From positions 124,001-188,000 of the forward strand of contig NIVC01000773.1 of NCBI GenBank assembly GCA_002269645.1: 64,000 bases of DNA, given 5' to 3'. The notes below the pieces were generated by a model that had not been told where the DNA came from, made no database searches, and was given only the letters and a program-made list of their open reading frames with translations. This document shows, piece by piece, positions 1 to 13,000 of this stretch. The translations under genes were made by a program, and so were the position numbers. Origin of the DNA: Macrostomum lignano. Its lineage: Eukaryota. Each line of letters starts with the position of its first letter. Positions within the stretch are counted from its first letter, which is position 1.

Positions 1-1735
1 CGGAGAGATGCTAGACCTATCCAGATCGAGAACTAGCCGATATTCAGCCTTCCCAGGAGAGTCATATGAAACGTCGGATACAGTGAAGACGACCGAAAGC
101 AGCGAGTACATGTCGTTCGGATCTCGAACGGAGACGGCTCCTGTCGGTGTTCAGGGCATTGTATCGGGAGCTACTGGGTCACGCGCCGTTAACATCGGCG
201 GATCGGACGGAGAGATGCTAGACTTATCCGGATCGAGAACTAGCCGATATTCGGCCTTCCCAGGAGAGTCGTATGGAACGTCGGATACAGTGACGACGAC
301 CGAAAGCAGCGAGTACAAGTCGTTCGGATCTCGAACGGAGACGGCTCCTGTCGGTGTTCAGGGCATTGTATCGGAAGCTACTGGGTCACGCGCCGTTAAC
401 ATCGGCGGATCGGACGGAGAGATTCTAAACTTATTCGGATCGAGAACTAGCCGATATTCAGCCTTCCCAGGAGAGTCGTATGGAATATCGGATACAGTGA
501 AGACGACCGAAAGCAGCGATTACATGTCGTTCGGATCTCGAACGGAGACGGCTCCTGTCGGTGTTCAGGGCATTGTATCGGAAGCTACTGGGTCACGCGC
601 CGTTAACATCGGCGGATCGGACGGAGAGATGCTAGACTTATCCGGATCGAGAACTAGCCGATATTCGGTCTTCCCAGGAGAGTCGTATGGAACGTCGGAT
701 ACAGTGAAGACGACCGAAAGCAGCGAGTACAAGTCGTTCGGATCTCGAACGGAGACGGCTCCTGTCGGTGTTCAGGGCATTGTATCGGAAGCTACTGGGT
801 CACGCGCCGTTAACATCGGCGGATCGGACGGAGAGATTCTAAACGTATTCGGATCGAGAACTAGCCGATATTCAGCCTTCCCAGGAGAGTCGTATGGAAT
901 ATCGGATACAGTGAAGACGACCGAAAGCAGCGAGTACATGTCGTTCGGATCTCGAACGGAGACGGCTCCTGTCGGTGTTCAGGGCATTGTATCGGGAGCT
1001 ACTGGGTCACGCGCCGTTAACATCGGCGGATCGGACGGAGAGATGCTAGACTTATTCGGATCGAGAACTAGCCGATATTCAGCCTTCCCAGGAGAGTCGT
1101 ATGGAACGTCGGATACAGTGAAGACGACCGAAAGCAACGAGTACAAGTCGTTCGGATCTCGAACGGAGACGGCTCCTGTCGGTGTTCAGGGCATTGTATC
1201 GGAAGCTACTGGGTCACGCGCCGTTAACATCGGCGGATCGGATGGAGAGATGCTAGACCTATCCGGATCGAGAACTAGCCAATATTCGGCCTTCCCAGGA
1301 GAGTCGTATGGAACGTCGGATACAGTGAAGACGACCGAAAGCAGCGAGTACAAGTCGTTCGGATCTCGAACGGAGACGGCTCCTGTCGGTGTTCAGGGCA
1401 TTGTATCGGAAGCTACTGGGTCACGCGCCGTTAACATCGGCGGATCGGACGGAGAGATGCTAGACTTATCCGGATCGAGAACTAGCCGATATTCGGCCTT
1501 CCCAGGAGAGTCGTATGGAACGTCGGATACAGTGAAGACGACCGAAAGCAGCGAGTACAAGTCGTTCGGATCTCGAACGGAGACGGCTCCTGTCGGTGTT
1601 CAGGGCATTGTATCGGAAGCTACTGGGTCACGCGCCGTTAACATCGGAGGATCGGATGGAGAGATGCTAGACCTATCCGGATCGAGAACTAGCCGATATT
1701 CAGCCTTCCCAGGAGAGTCGTTTGGAACATCAGGT
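1..1735 (+). repeat. 207-bp coding tandem repeat, ~8.4 copies
   Basis: Direct periodicity in both DNA and protein. Confidence 0.95.
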
Positions 1736-1819
1736 GCCGTCACCCACTTCAGTGAAAGTGACAGTGCTAGTCCTCTATTCTCATTCACGGGTGGCCGCAT
1801 GCGAAATATTGTAGACTAG
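8..1819 (+). CDS. 3' exon (partial, open at window start) of a Ser/Gly/Thr-rich protein with ~8.4 tandem 69-aa repeats; paralogue of the last exon of the plakin gene at 21913-22900
   Basis: 603-aa ORF. ATGCTAGAC recurs at 8 and 215 (207-bp period). Unit MLDLSGSRTSRYSAFPGESYGTSDTVKTTESSEYKSFGSRTETAPVGVQGIVSEATGSRAVNIGGSDGE. All variants are substitutions with no indels. A unique tail ends in TAG at 1819. Confidence 0.75.
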   Translation: MLDLSRSRTSRYSAFPGESYETSDTVKTTESSEYMSFGSRTETAPVGVQGIVSGATGSRAVNIGGSDGEMLDLSGSRTSRYSAFPGESYGTSDTVTTTESSEYKSFGSRTETAPVGVQGIVSEATGSRAVNIGGSDGEILNLFGSRTSRYSAFPGESYGISDTVKTTESSDYMSFGSRTETAPVGVQGIVSEATGSRAVNIGGSDGEMLDLSGSRTSRYSVFPGESYGTSDTVKTTESSEYKSFGSRTETAPVGVQGIVSEATGSRAVNIGGSDGEILNVFGSRTSRYSAFPGESYGISDTVKTTESSEYMSFGSRTETAPVGVQGIVSGATGSRAVNIGGSDGEMLDLFGSRTSRYSAFPGESYGTSDTVKTTESNEYKSFGSRTETAPVGVQGIVSEATGSRAVNIGGSDGEMLDLSGSRTSQYSAFPGESYGTSDTVKTTESSEYKSFGSRTETAPVGVQGIVSEATGSRAVNIGGSDGEMLDLSGSRTSRYSAFPGESYGTSDTVKTTESSEYKSFGSRTETAPVGVQGIVSEATGSRAVNIGGSDGEMLDLSGSRTSRYSAFPGESFGTSGAVTHFSESDSASPLFSFTGGRMRNIVD

Positions 1820-4050
1820 ATTTCTTTACCTGAGCTGGGAATTCTCAGGTAGGAAAGAAGCTGAGCGAAAAGTTAAAGAATTTTGGAACCTGCGCTCACT
1901 AACGTAAATTGTTTGGAGGAAATGGCTTTTTAGCTTTTTAGTACTTTTTTTGTAACAGTTGTATTACCTTTTTCATATCGCCCTTCATATTTTAGCGGAA
2001 AAACGTGGCGTTGTTTTAATTTCCCCAGCGAATTCTTTACTAGCGAAAGTGTCTCCAAATTAACCATAGTGTTTGTATGGAATGTGTTTTAATTTTCCCT
2101 TGGAAGTTTTTAGCCGTTGTTATTGTTGGTTTATTGAGTCCTACTGGTAGGCCTTAAGCAAATTTTCAATCACAATACCGTAGAAACATAACAATTAGAT
2201 GGTTCACTCTGGAGCATTTTTGCTCTACATCTCAGGCTGGAATTGAAAAAGCAGAGAAGTTGCCAAAACTTCAGTTAGTGAGCTTTAGTGAGCAGTATAT
2301 TGTATTGTCCAAGTCAATATCGTACTTGCAGATAGGAAAAGTATTAATGGCTGCTACTGAATCTGTGGTGAGTGGACTATCTAGTGTTTAAACTACTCGT
2401 AGTACCTTTATCCTTATCCAAATTTGAAATTAATTTGTGTTAATACATGAATTGCACGTCGCGTGTTATATTTTATGCTTAGAAAAGTAACCCCACACCA
2501 AGACCATTTTTTCCATCTAACAACATCAATATTTATTTTTTTAGCGCCTTAGTGGAGTTTCCAATAAAAATATATACTTTACTCTCTCGATGACTAGGTT
2601 GACTAGATGCTTTACGCTACATTAACACAGCATTGATTGATTCCGCACCGCTCACCACTCAAGTACTCGTAGAAGTAAAAAGCTCATTAGCGAATTAAGG
2701 AATTTTCCTGTTCCTAGCAGCAGCAAATTTTACTTGAGCCATCTCTGGCTTGCGTTATATCATGATAGAACATTCACAACGATATGATTATGTGCCGTCG
2801 TGCCGAGATCTCCCACAAAAAAGACCGAAGACTTCGTGACCTATGCCGCTGAGAAAACTTCACAACAAGCGATTTTTCCCGCACCCTTGCAGCAAGAACC
2901 CATGTTCTATCTAACTATCTATCTATTGTATATACGCTAGTATAAACGTCTGTATTAACGTTTGAAGTTTGAGAAGACCCACTCGTACTCTCATCTGAAG
3001 TTAAACTAGAAAAATCAGGAGGACTGTCGCAGCCGTCACGAAAAAAAGTACTAAACCGATATTTCCACTGTGGACTGGCCTTCGTCAGGGCTGCCAGCAT
3101 ATTCAACAAAATGCAATGAAAACATATGGTCATTGAGGACTAAAAATATGCATTGAGAGTTAATTTATACCCGGTAAAGTTGTGGTGACCCCGTCGCACG
3201 CTGCTCCATTGCTCACTCTATTGATAAAGATTTAATCAATGCCATCAGTGAGGCTAGGCAGTTTAGAGGGCAGAGAATGTCCTTTAGAGAGCGTGTTCGA
3301 GTGTACGCAGCAGCAGTTGCCCTTGTATATGGTTTCAGACAACAGCGCGAATTTCGTGTACAATGTTTGTAGACCTGGGGACAGTGCTATGAAGCTCGGA
3401 TTAGGAGTCAAGTGTCTCCTAACTCTTGATGCAGCAGCGCGTGCTAAGAAGAAGGAGCAAAGTCTGGGAGTTAGAAGTGAATGAGGCCATGTTAGGGGTG
3501 AACTTAAAAAAGTGAGCGTATTATAAAACTAGGACTAAATATTCCACTCCTAACTGCTAAGCCAAGCGTTCAAGAGCCAAGATCAATCAAGAATAAGTCG
3601 TAGAGCATAAGAGACTGCACAAGACTGCAAATCAACTTAGACTTGATTTAGATTGCGTAACCATATTGTTAATTGCTATGACTTCTTCTCTAGAGGAAGA
3701 CAGTAAGACAAGATCAACAATGGTGGATTGTATATAGTAGGTAACCTCGTGAAATAATGGCCAAACGCGAGTGCGCTAACGCACAGCGATGGTTCAATGA
3801 AAAATTTTTTAGCGGTCATTTCAGCCTATTTGAGTTTCGCGCGGCCATTGTTTCAGGCTAGCGAGGGCGGCCATTATTCAGCCCAACTGAAGGGACAGCT
3901 GGGTTGATTTGACCATAGACTATAAGAAACAGTATAGACTTGAACCAAGTGGTGTTTGGAACTTTGCATAAATGATCAAGAATTCAGACTTTAGTTGAAG
4001 TTTGGTCCCTAAAGCTTTCTGCTTTTTAACAGTTATTTTTATTTTTTATT

Positions 4051-4269
4051 ATGGTGCTTATTACCTGGTCCAATCTTCCATTGGACAGCCTAAACGAAGT
4101 GAGTAGCAATGAATTAGAGTTTCTTTCTGAGATAAGTTTAAACGAGCATCAAAATGACACCGGCTTGAGCGAGTTCATCAGCTGGATTGAAAATCCTGCG
4201 GCTGAGTCTGCAGACCTGCCCGAGCTGCCTATCGACGAAGATGCAATCTGCTCAATATTGCCCTTGTAG
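4051..4269 (+). mobile_element. 5'-terminal fragment of a Crypton-like tyrosine recombinase ORF
   Basis: MVLITWSNLPLDSLNEVSSNELEFLSEI...LPELP aligns with the N-terminus of the 31232-32341 ORF (MPLINWKNLPVDSLDGVSSTELDFLSEL...LPEL). CCATAGAC motif upstream at 3913-3920. Confidence 0.7.
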
Positions 4270-4298
4270 TACCTCAGTAGTACCTCAGGTACTGCTTC

Positions 4299-4969
4299 TG
4301 TCGTGCAGGCAGTTGTCGTGCAGGCAGTTGTGCAGTCAGTTGTCGTGCAGGCAGTTGTCGTGTTGTCGTGCAGGCAGTTGTCGTGCAGTCAGTTATCGTG
4401 CAGGCAGTTATCGTGCAGGCAGTTGTCGTGCAGGCAGTTGTCGTGTTGTCGTGCAGGCAGTTGTCGTGCAGGCAGTTGTCGTGCAGGCAGTTGTCGTGTT
4501 GTCGTGCAGGCAGTTGTCGTGTTGTCGTGCAGGCAGTTGTCGTGTTGTCGTGCAGGCAGTTGTCGTGTTGTCGTGCAGGCAGTTGTCGTGTTGTCGTGCA
4601 GGCAGTTGTCGTGTTGTCGTGCAGGCAGTTGTCGTGTTGTCGTGCAGGCAGTTGTCGTGTTGTCGTGCAGGCAGTTGTCGTGCAGGCAGTTGTCGTGTTG
4701 TCGTGCAGGAAGTTGTCGTGTTGTCGTGCAGGCAGTTGTCGTGCAGGCAGTTGTCGTGTTGTCGTGCAGGCAGTTGTCGTGTTGTCGTGCAGGCAGTTGT
4801 CGTGTTGTCGTGCAGGCAGTTGTCGTGCAGGCAGTTGTCGTGCAGGCAGTTGTCGTGTTGTCGTGCAGGCAGTTGTCGTGCAGGCAGTTGTCGTGCAGAC
4901 AGTTGTCGTGCAGGCAGTTGTCGTGCAGGCAGTTGTCGTGCAGGCAGTTGTCGTGCAGACAGTTGTCGT
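4299..4969. repeat. Compound minisatellite of 15-bp (GTTGTCGTGCAGGCA) and 8-bp (GTTGTCGT) units
   Basis: Visible periodicity; all three + frames are open only because the units contain no stops. Confidence 0.95.
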
Positions 4970-5790
4970 AGAAGTAGAACTATCTAAATTTGGGGGATCT
5001 GGAACGAGGTTGCTCTGAAAAAAACTTCCGCCCCCCCCCCCGAAGACAGGTGGCCTAATCTAAGGAAAAATCCTCCTGACTACACATTAGCATACCCGTG
5101 TCCGTCCCAAAAATTTAAATGAGAGAGAGAGAGAGAGAAGGCTGTGACAAAAAATAAATGGGTAAGCTTCACAAACGTCCTCCAGCACAATTTCTGGCAA
5201 AATTGCGCAGGTCTTGCACGGCAGCAAGGCACAAGAAGGGTTAGGAAGCGGGTGGTGACTGGTTCTGTGCAAAGTTCGAGGCATTTTGTCTCCTTCTTTC
5301 TTCCTTACTTTTTGCTAGCATAACAATAGCTTATAGCTAAAAACCTAAAGAACTGTGGAGTGTGGAGGCAGGACAAGGTTAGGTTGTGAGCTCTGAGTTG
5401 CCGCACCGAACTCCGCTCGCACCAGCAAAATCTTAGACGGCTGAGACTGCTAGACGTTCTATCGTTCAGAGGAGACCAGCCGCCAGAGGAGACACAAGTC
5501 TGGCAGCTTGGGGGGGGGGGGGTGGCAGAGGAGACTTCCAGTCCGCTTTGTCTGAGTCGGGTTTGGTTCAGTGCAGCCCGCGCCATTGTGCGTAGCTTCT
5601 GTCTCGCCTAGCCATACACTTTTAAGGCTGCATGCGTAACAAGAAGCTTCTAGAAGCAGCTCTTCGGCTGTCTGCCGAGTTTCTCTCTGGTTTGGACTGA
5701 GCAGTTAACACCTAAACTTCTTGTCGGTCACTCGGTACATTCGAAACTCGACTGGCTGCTCAGCTTGCTGTTTATTCGTGCTGAAAACGG

Positions 5791-6066
<276 letters not shown>

Positions 6067-7060
6067 ATTTTAGCTATGAAATATTTTCATAAAGTTTTAA
6101 TTTTTGTGGCCACAAGATAGATAGATGTAACGCCTCGGGCAACCTTTTGTTGGAGTTTTTCATCTTCTTATTTTTTGCCCCGGCATTGATATTAGACTGC
6201 TTTCAGAAGAGGTGCAATAGAATCTCTTCTCTTTTGAGCTCGTGTACTCGTAGCAGCTCGCTGTGGCCCAGCGCGCGTGAATCTCAGACTGAGGTTGCCG
6301 GCGGGGACAGGCTTGGAAAAGGATTGTAACAGGTGGTATGTCTGGATTTTATGGAGTATTACCGAGCACGGTTGAGGGACAATGGACAGAAACTCTGGCT
6401 GTGGCGAACGTATAAATACAGACGGCGATCTAATTTAGCAAATTTTCTAAGGCGCCTGAAAGAGAATTTTTTTCTATTCGATTCTAGCATCAAAGACAAG
6501 CACTAGGTCTACTGAGATAAAATTATCCAATAGGGTTGTTCTGATACATTATTTTGCTATTTTGGTTTATCTATCAAAGAAACTAAGAAACTCCATCAGG
6601 TTGCCAATTAGGTAAGTCCTGGCTGCACACAGTTGTTTGAGCCTGAGAAAGACTTATTTCTCGGTACATGAAGAGCAACTCCATCATGAAATCTGTCCAA
6701 ACTCACCCTCAATATGCTAGTTCAATCGAAGTCTCCTGCTGTGTATTTATAATGGCCCTCTCTCTTTAAATGAATCTCGTACTCCAGTAAGAGTTGAGTA
6801 GCTTGGGGAATGCCAAGTTTTTGGGCTTTAGAACAGAAATTTCACTTGGAGCCAAAATGAGAACATCGATGGACTGTCTCGGCTTTTCCGTTGGACTGGT
6901 CTGGCAAGTTGCCGATTGCTTCAGGCTCCGCTCCAGAGCCCTCAGTTGACATCTCCTCTATTGGCTTTTGAGGCTCCTGGAGTAAACTTTTGGATAGTGC
7001 TTCTTTTGTTTCAGCCAATGATGTTTGTGTCAATAGGGGACACCAACTATTCATCCGCAG

Positions 7061-10000
7061 GTGAATTCGGTCAAGATGTCGTTCATGCTGGCGGCGCATC
7101 AGCAGGAGGTTGAGAAATGGCTGCAGGACAACCGAGATGACGTGGAGTCAGCCGCCATCGGCTGCACTCACCAGGCGCTGCTGTTTCAGCAAACCAAGCA
7201 GGCGGTCCTGCTGGAGGAGATCCAAGCGCTTGAGAGCAGGCTGGACGAGTCCAACAAGTCAGCGGCAGCGTCCCTCACCAAGCTGAAGGCAATGGAGAGT
7301 CAGATTGGCGTAAACCAGCAGGCGCTGACTTACCTTCGACAGGTGACGTCGCTTGAGACGGCATTCGTGTCCACGGGTCAGAAAGTGATGGAGAAGGCAC
7401 TGCAGATGTCCAAAGTTACTGACGGAGTCGTTCTGGAAGCCAAGAAGGTGAGAAAAGAGCCTTCATTTTATTGACAGTACATAAACGAGTCAAGGACAAC
7501 TAAAGCAACGTCTATACAGGACGCTGCACTCGAAATCTATGGAAAATGTTTTGAAGGCCACTTTTTGCCGAAAAATACACTACGGAGATAGGAAGTTTTA
7601 ATTTTTTAAGCTTCAGCTTCAGCTTCGTTCAGAAAATTAGAATTTATGTTATTTTTCATTCTGGTACAACTGCTCATGTCCTGTGCCTAAAAATCATAAA
7701 AATGGCACGGCTCGGCTCATTGGTTTTATTAATCTATTTTGGCATTCTTAGCTGACTGTGTAACAATATGTGTATCAGGGGTGATAAAATAGATTCATGT
7801 ACGACTCGTAACCAAAGATTCGATAACATAGAATCGTAATTTCCTAAAACTTCCTAAAACTCTTCCTAAAATCCTAAAACTTCCTATCTTCGTAGTGTAT
7901 TTTTTGACGAAAAGTGGCCTTCAAAACATTATCCATAGATTTCGAGTGTTGCGTCCTTCTACTCTAGTAGTCCTTTGAACGAGTATGCTTGAGCAATGAG
8001 CAGCTATTAAATTTGAACCCAACACATATCAATAAGACATAAGTAGTTTTTACCGGCGACATTTCACATCGTGCCAGACAAAAACTTTATATAGTAAATT
8101 AAAATGCAATTTTTTTGTTTGAAGTTGGAGTTAGAAGAGCGTAAAATCTGGAATTGAGTGTAATAGTGTAAGCAGCAAGAAGCTGAACTTTTAGGTGTAT
8201 ATGCATCAAACCTCGAAAATATTTCCTCCCAGGAGCTGTCGGCCGAGGTCCACGGCACCTGGTGCTGGGTGAGCCAGCTGGCCGACCTGAACCGGCTCCA
8301 CACCCGCAACGCCGCGGACTACCAGGCCTTCCATCACAGCGCCTACGAGCTCAACGCCATGCTGAACAGCCGAGCCAGCAGCAGCAGCGCCGCCATTGCC
8401 GCCATTCCCGCCAACGGGATGCTGGGCTCCATCAAGCGCATAAACACCGTGCTCACTGTAAGTAACCTCTTGTCAGTTTCAATATGGGCTTGAAATACTC
8501 AAATCGCACACTTCAAAAGTAAAAGCCTCCTCGAACCTCTGCAGGACAACTTGGCCCAGTTCAACCGGCTGTGGCAGCTGTCAGTCGACCTGATGCAGCG
8601 CAGCCGAGCTGTGGTGCCGCTGCACCTGCGTTTCAGCACTGACGCCATCCCGTTCGCGGGCAAGAACGTGTTCAAGTTCGATGACGGCGAGGTAAGTGCC
8701 AACTGTATTGCAGAGTGAATTGCATATTTGATAGCGCGCTCGCCCCATCATATTCGGACACCTGCGAGTGGAAGTTGCGCCTGAAAACCTCTGCACACTA
8801 AACTGGCTACCTTACGAGTAGCGAGGAGAGAAAATTAATTATGAAATTTAGAATACCGATAAATGGCGATAATAAATATGAGTGTCTTAGAATGTGTGTA
8901 CGGTTGTGACCCTGAATTTTAAGGGACCGGACTATGTTTGCTGGTGTAGTCCTGGCTTGTCTGTAGGGACTGGTCCTATTGCTATCTTATTCTTCTGCCT
9001 CTCTGACGATGGCACCAAGCGTCTATACTTCTAATCAACTAAATAAGTCGAAGGTTCGGTAACTTTCTCTCGATCTTCAACCCTCAACGCGGATGTTTAT
9101 TTCTATTCCTGATGGTTGCAATTTCAATAGATAATGAGCATGCAAATGTTGGAAGCAATTTAGTGGAAAGAAAAAGGGCTACTTATCTATACTGGTGTAC
9201 CTCGATCTTGACGTCTCTAGATGGTCTCTTTGTTAGATCGGGATGGAGTCTCGGCTCGATTCAGATGAAGTTGTTTCCTTGACGGTTTTTTTTAGTCTTT
9301 TAGTGACGTTGGATGAGAACTCTGGATGGAGGGCGGAGTAGGAGTAGAGGAGTAGCTGGAGCAAAAGGAGGAGCAAGAGAAGGCGGGAAAAAGGAGGCGG
9401 GAGCTTTATTTTCACTGAACGCTAGTATTAGTAGTATATATATGATTTCTATAACGCCATATATATATGGTGTTGGCTTCCCGCAATAGGATCTTTATTG
9501 CCGCAGAAGCATGCGCTGTACTTTCCAGATAGAAAAACTTTCAAGGTTCGCATTAGACTCAAAAATAGCATTGGGCATAACATGTATAAATTAAGATCAC
9601 TGCACTAGTTTTTCTCCTATACATTAAAATCCAGGCCTTCTGAGCTGCGCATTTGCCAGTATTTAACTAAACATTTACACAAAAACTACTACCGTACCGT
9701 ACCGACCTCTCCCCCCACAGACGGTCCTGGAGCCGGGAGAGCAGGTGACTGTCATCGACAACTCTCAGTCCTACAGGTGGACGGTGAGGCGCTCGGACGG
9801 AAGCGAGGTCGAAGTGCCCAGCACCTGCATCTGGCTGCCGCCGGCCGATCCGCAGGCAGTGGAGCTCGCTATCGGGTTTGTGGGGCTTTTGACAGAACTG
9901 GCATTTATCTCATTGTCTTTTTTATTTTGTCAAAGCCTCATGTTTATTTATTTATGAAAGTGGCTTATATAGTAAAAGATAAACATCACAAGTGACGATA

Positions 10001-13000
10001 AGGAAAAACATCTCTGCACATTTTGCCACTCCCTGGCTCTTTGGGAATCGAATTTCTTCCGTTTACAGGCTGAGAAGAAAGCTTCTGAACACCTGGTCTC
10101 AGGTTCTGAACCAACTGCGTCAATGGAGTGCCGAGTTCTTTGATTCCTATCTGAGCCGCATGATCCACAACCCAGTGGTGAGTAATATTACACTTTTTAT
10201 ACCTACGTGTAAAGTTTGCGGCCTCTTTTCATCGTTTTTTGAATACCAAAACACAGGTAGATGTTGTTATCGGAATAAATCGTTTTTAAAGTTTAATTCT
10301 CAGCCAAATAGTTGAACTTCCTTCATCAGATGATCAGCTCAAAAATCAAAGACGGATCTCTCGCGTTCTTCGAGAGGTTGCGCCTGTCCAGCCGCACCTT
10401 CTTGGGCGTCAACGATCAGCAGGCAGAGCGCATTGACAGGTCCATTGGCAAGGTGGTTGACAGGATTACAATAACCGGTGCGTGTTGGATAAATTTGCTG
10501 GGTTTTGCTTTAAACATTGCAGCCAGTTCAGTTTAGACTTCTGTGATAGAGCTATATTTTTCGGGACTAGAATCTGACAACATTTCAAATTGATATTGTT
10601 TGTTTTAATTCACCAAAGCAGACATGCAGACCTTTGATACGATTTTTTAGATGGCCCGATGGACTCTTTAGTTGAGAGCGAGCTAGTCGTCCTGCAGACG
10701 TGCCTGATGAAGCTGGAAGAGCACCTGAACCAGTGGCGCCATTGCTCAAGAGAAGCTCTCGAAGCCGAAAATCAGGAGCGAAGTCAGACTGACCTATCTA
10801 AGGAATCCTCGGAGGTCCTGGCACGCATTGAACTGCTTTCGTAAGTCTAATGGACTCAAAAAAATTTTTCATGTATTTTAAACCTAAAAAAATATTAGGT
10901 ACTCAGGATTTTTATTTAGGAATAGAAAAATGTCGACCAAGGTATGGCATGACTCGTCAGTTGTGTTGTATACCAATGGATGAAGCAATAGAAAGGATCG
11001 CTGATCTGAAAGCGAGTCTATGGCCAATACAGGGCCAGCACCCTGGGCTGACCAACAATGGAATCGCAGAATATTTTGCTGAGCTTGGTGTCCCAAAATC
11101 AACCATTTATGGAATTCTGGATCGCTACTCAGCAACTGGAGAAGATTCTGTGCTACGCAAGGAGGGGTCAGGACGACCAGCTACCAAGGTCACTGCCACT
11201 TTGATGGAGAAGATGTCAAATGATGCCAGGACGGGTCTGTCCCAGCGCGAAATTGCAAGCAAATATGACATCAGCCAGCCGTGCGTCAACGAGATTCTCA
11301 AGAAGCAGGGACTGAGTGCATACAAGAAAGAAAAAGTGCCATTTGTGTCGTTGGAGCAGAAAGAGCGCCAGCGTGTGAAGATTGACAGGCTCTACCGTGC
11401 TGTGCTGGCAGGAGATGACGGCGGACTGGACATTGTCATGGACGATGAATCGTACTTGTCTCTGTCATCCTATGTCATCCCTGGTAACAGGTTCTATTAT
11501 GCAACAGCTCGAGGTGATGCACCTGATGAGGTCTGGTGTTCAAATTTGAGGCCAAAGTCTTGGTCTGGCTGCTGGCCATCAGCAAGAAGGGCATGTCCAA
11601 GGTCTTCTTTTGCGACGGCAGCTCAATGAACAAAGAGATCTACATAAGAGAGTGCATTCACAAGCGTCTATTGCCATTTATTAAGGAGCAGCATGCTGAC
11701 CGCAACTACCTGTTCTGGCCTGACCTGGTGAGCTGTCACTATGCTCGTGACGTCATTGACACATTTGAAGAGGAAGGTGTCAATTTTGTCAGCAAGGAGC
11801 TCAATCCTCCCAATGTACCACAGCTGCGACCAATTGAAAACTTCTGGGGGATGTTGAAGCTGGGGGGTGTCACAATTGGACGGCGGACAGTCTGGAACAG
11901 CTGGAAAATCGCATTCGCTACTGCCTCCGCCAGGTGGATCTGCACTGTGTACAGGAGATGATGACCAATGTCAAGTCCGGGATTCACCGAGCTCGGGCTA
12001 ATGGTGTCGGAGCCGTTTGGCAATGAGCCAGACAATCCCTTATATACTGAACTAAATCCAAGTTAAAAGACACGCGTTCAATTTGTTAATGTTGTCTTAC
12101 TAAAACAAATAAAAATGTCCAAATTTTTACCAATCACCCAGTACTTCCTAAAAGTTGGGATATTCCCCTCATGGATTTCATTGGCTGCTGGAATTTAACA
12201 ATAGACCCCCCTAAGTTCTTACTGGCTGAAGCTTGTACGCGAGGGAAATTCCAAAGTCACGATTAACGTTAGACATTAATAACTGCTTTTTTCCTCTGGG
12301 CCACGACGGCTTAAGGGATTTAGAACAAGAGAAAAAGTTATCTACGAGTAGTATGTTAGTGTTACAGCCTAGCATGCGCGTTAATCGTGAATTCCCCGCA
12401 TACAAGCTTCAGCCATTAAGAACTTAGGGGGACTATTATTCAATTCCGGCAGCCAATGAAATTAATTGGGGGGGAAATCCCAATTTTCAGGAAGTCTTGG
12501 CCATAGACTCGCTTTCAGATGAGCGATTCTTTCTATTCCTTCATCCATGGTTGTACCCCCCCCCGGGCTGCGTAGCTGGGAGACACCCAGGTCCCGCCTA
12601 TTCCTGTCCCTAACGCTGCAAGAGTTCACAGCGGCCTCGAGCTGGCGAAAGTTCACCGGCCCGACCTCTGGGTGCTGCGAGAGTTCACAGTAAAACTTCC
12701 GGCTGGCAAAAGTTCGCTTGTCGGCCCCTGAACACTGCGAGAGTTCACAGTATAGCTCGATCCCCGCGCGGCACCCCGGAAGGAAATGAGACTCACACCT
12801 GCAGTTCGATCCAGCTCCAACAACATGCGGTATACCCCGAACTGAACGTTACGTGTGTGTATTGATATTAACTGCACTGCCGTCAGCGGGACAAGGGGGG
12901 GGGCGGGACGGGGCGGGGGGCGCGCATTAAATAGCAAGGCAAAAGGGGGAGGAGGGTAAACAGACAGACAATAAGCAAGTACAAACCACCCTGCGGCCAG

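Larger units (their letters stand above)
10976..12548. mobile_element. Cassette bounded by 52-bp inverted repeats containing GTCTATGGCC
   Basis: 10976-11027 vs the reverse complement of 12497-12548: 49/52 identical. Confidence 0.8.

Noticed and set aside
3180-3375. Short open frame (…AISEARQFRGQRMSFRERVRVYAAAVALVYGF…) faintly reminiscent of a kleisin N-terminus
   Set aside because: Similarity too weak, with no supporting exons.
4187-5018. Three overlapping Cys/Val-rich ORFs (SCRQL, VVQAV repeats)
   Set aside because: Products of a stop-free minisatellite read in all frames; no splice or domain support.
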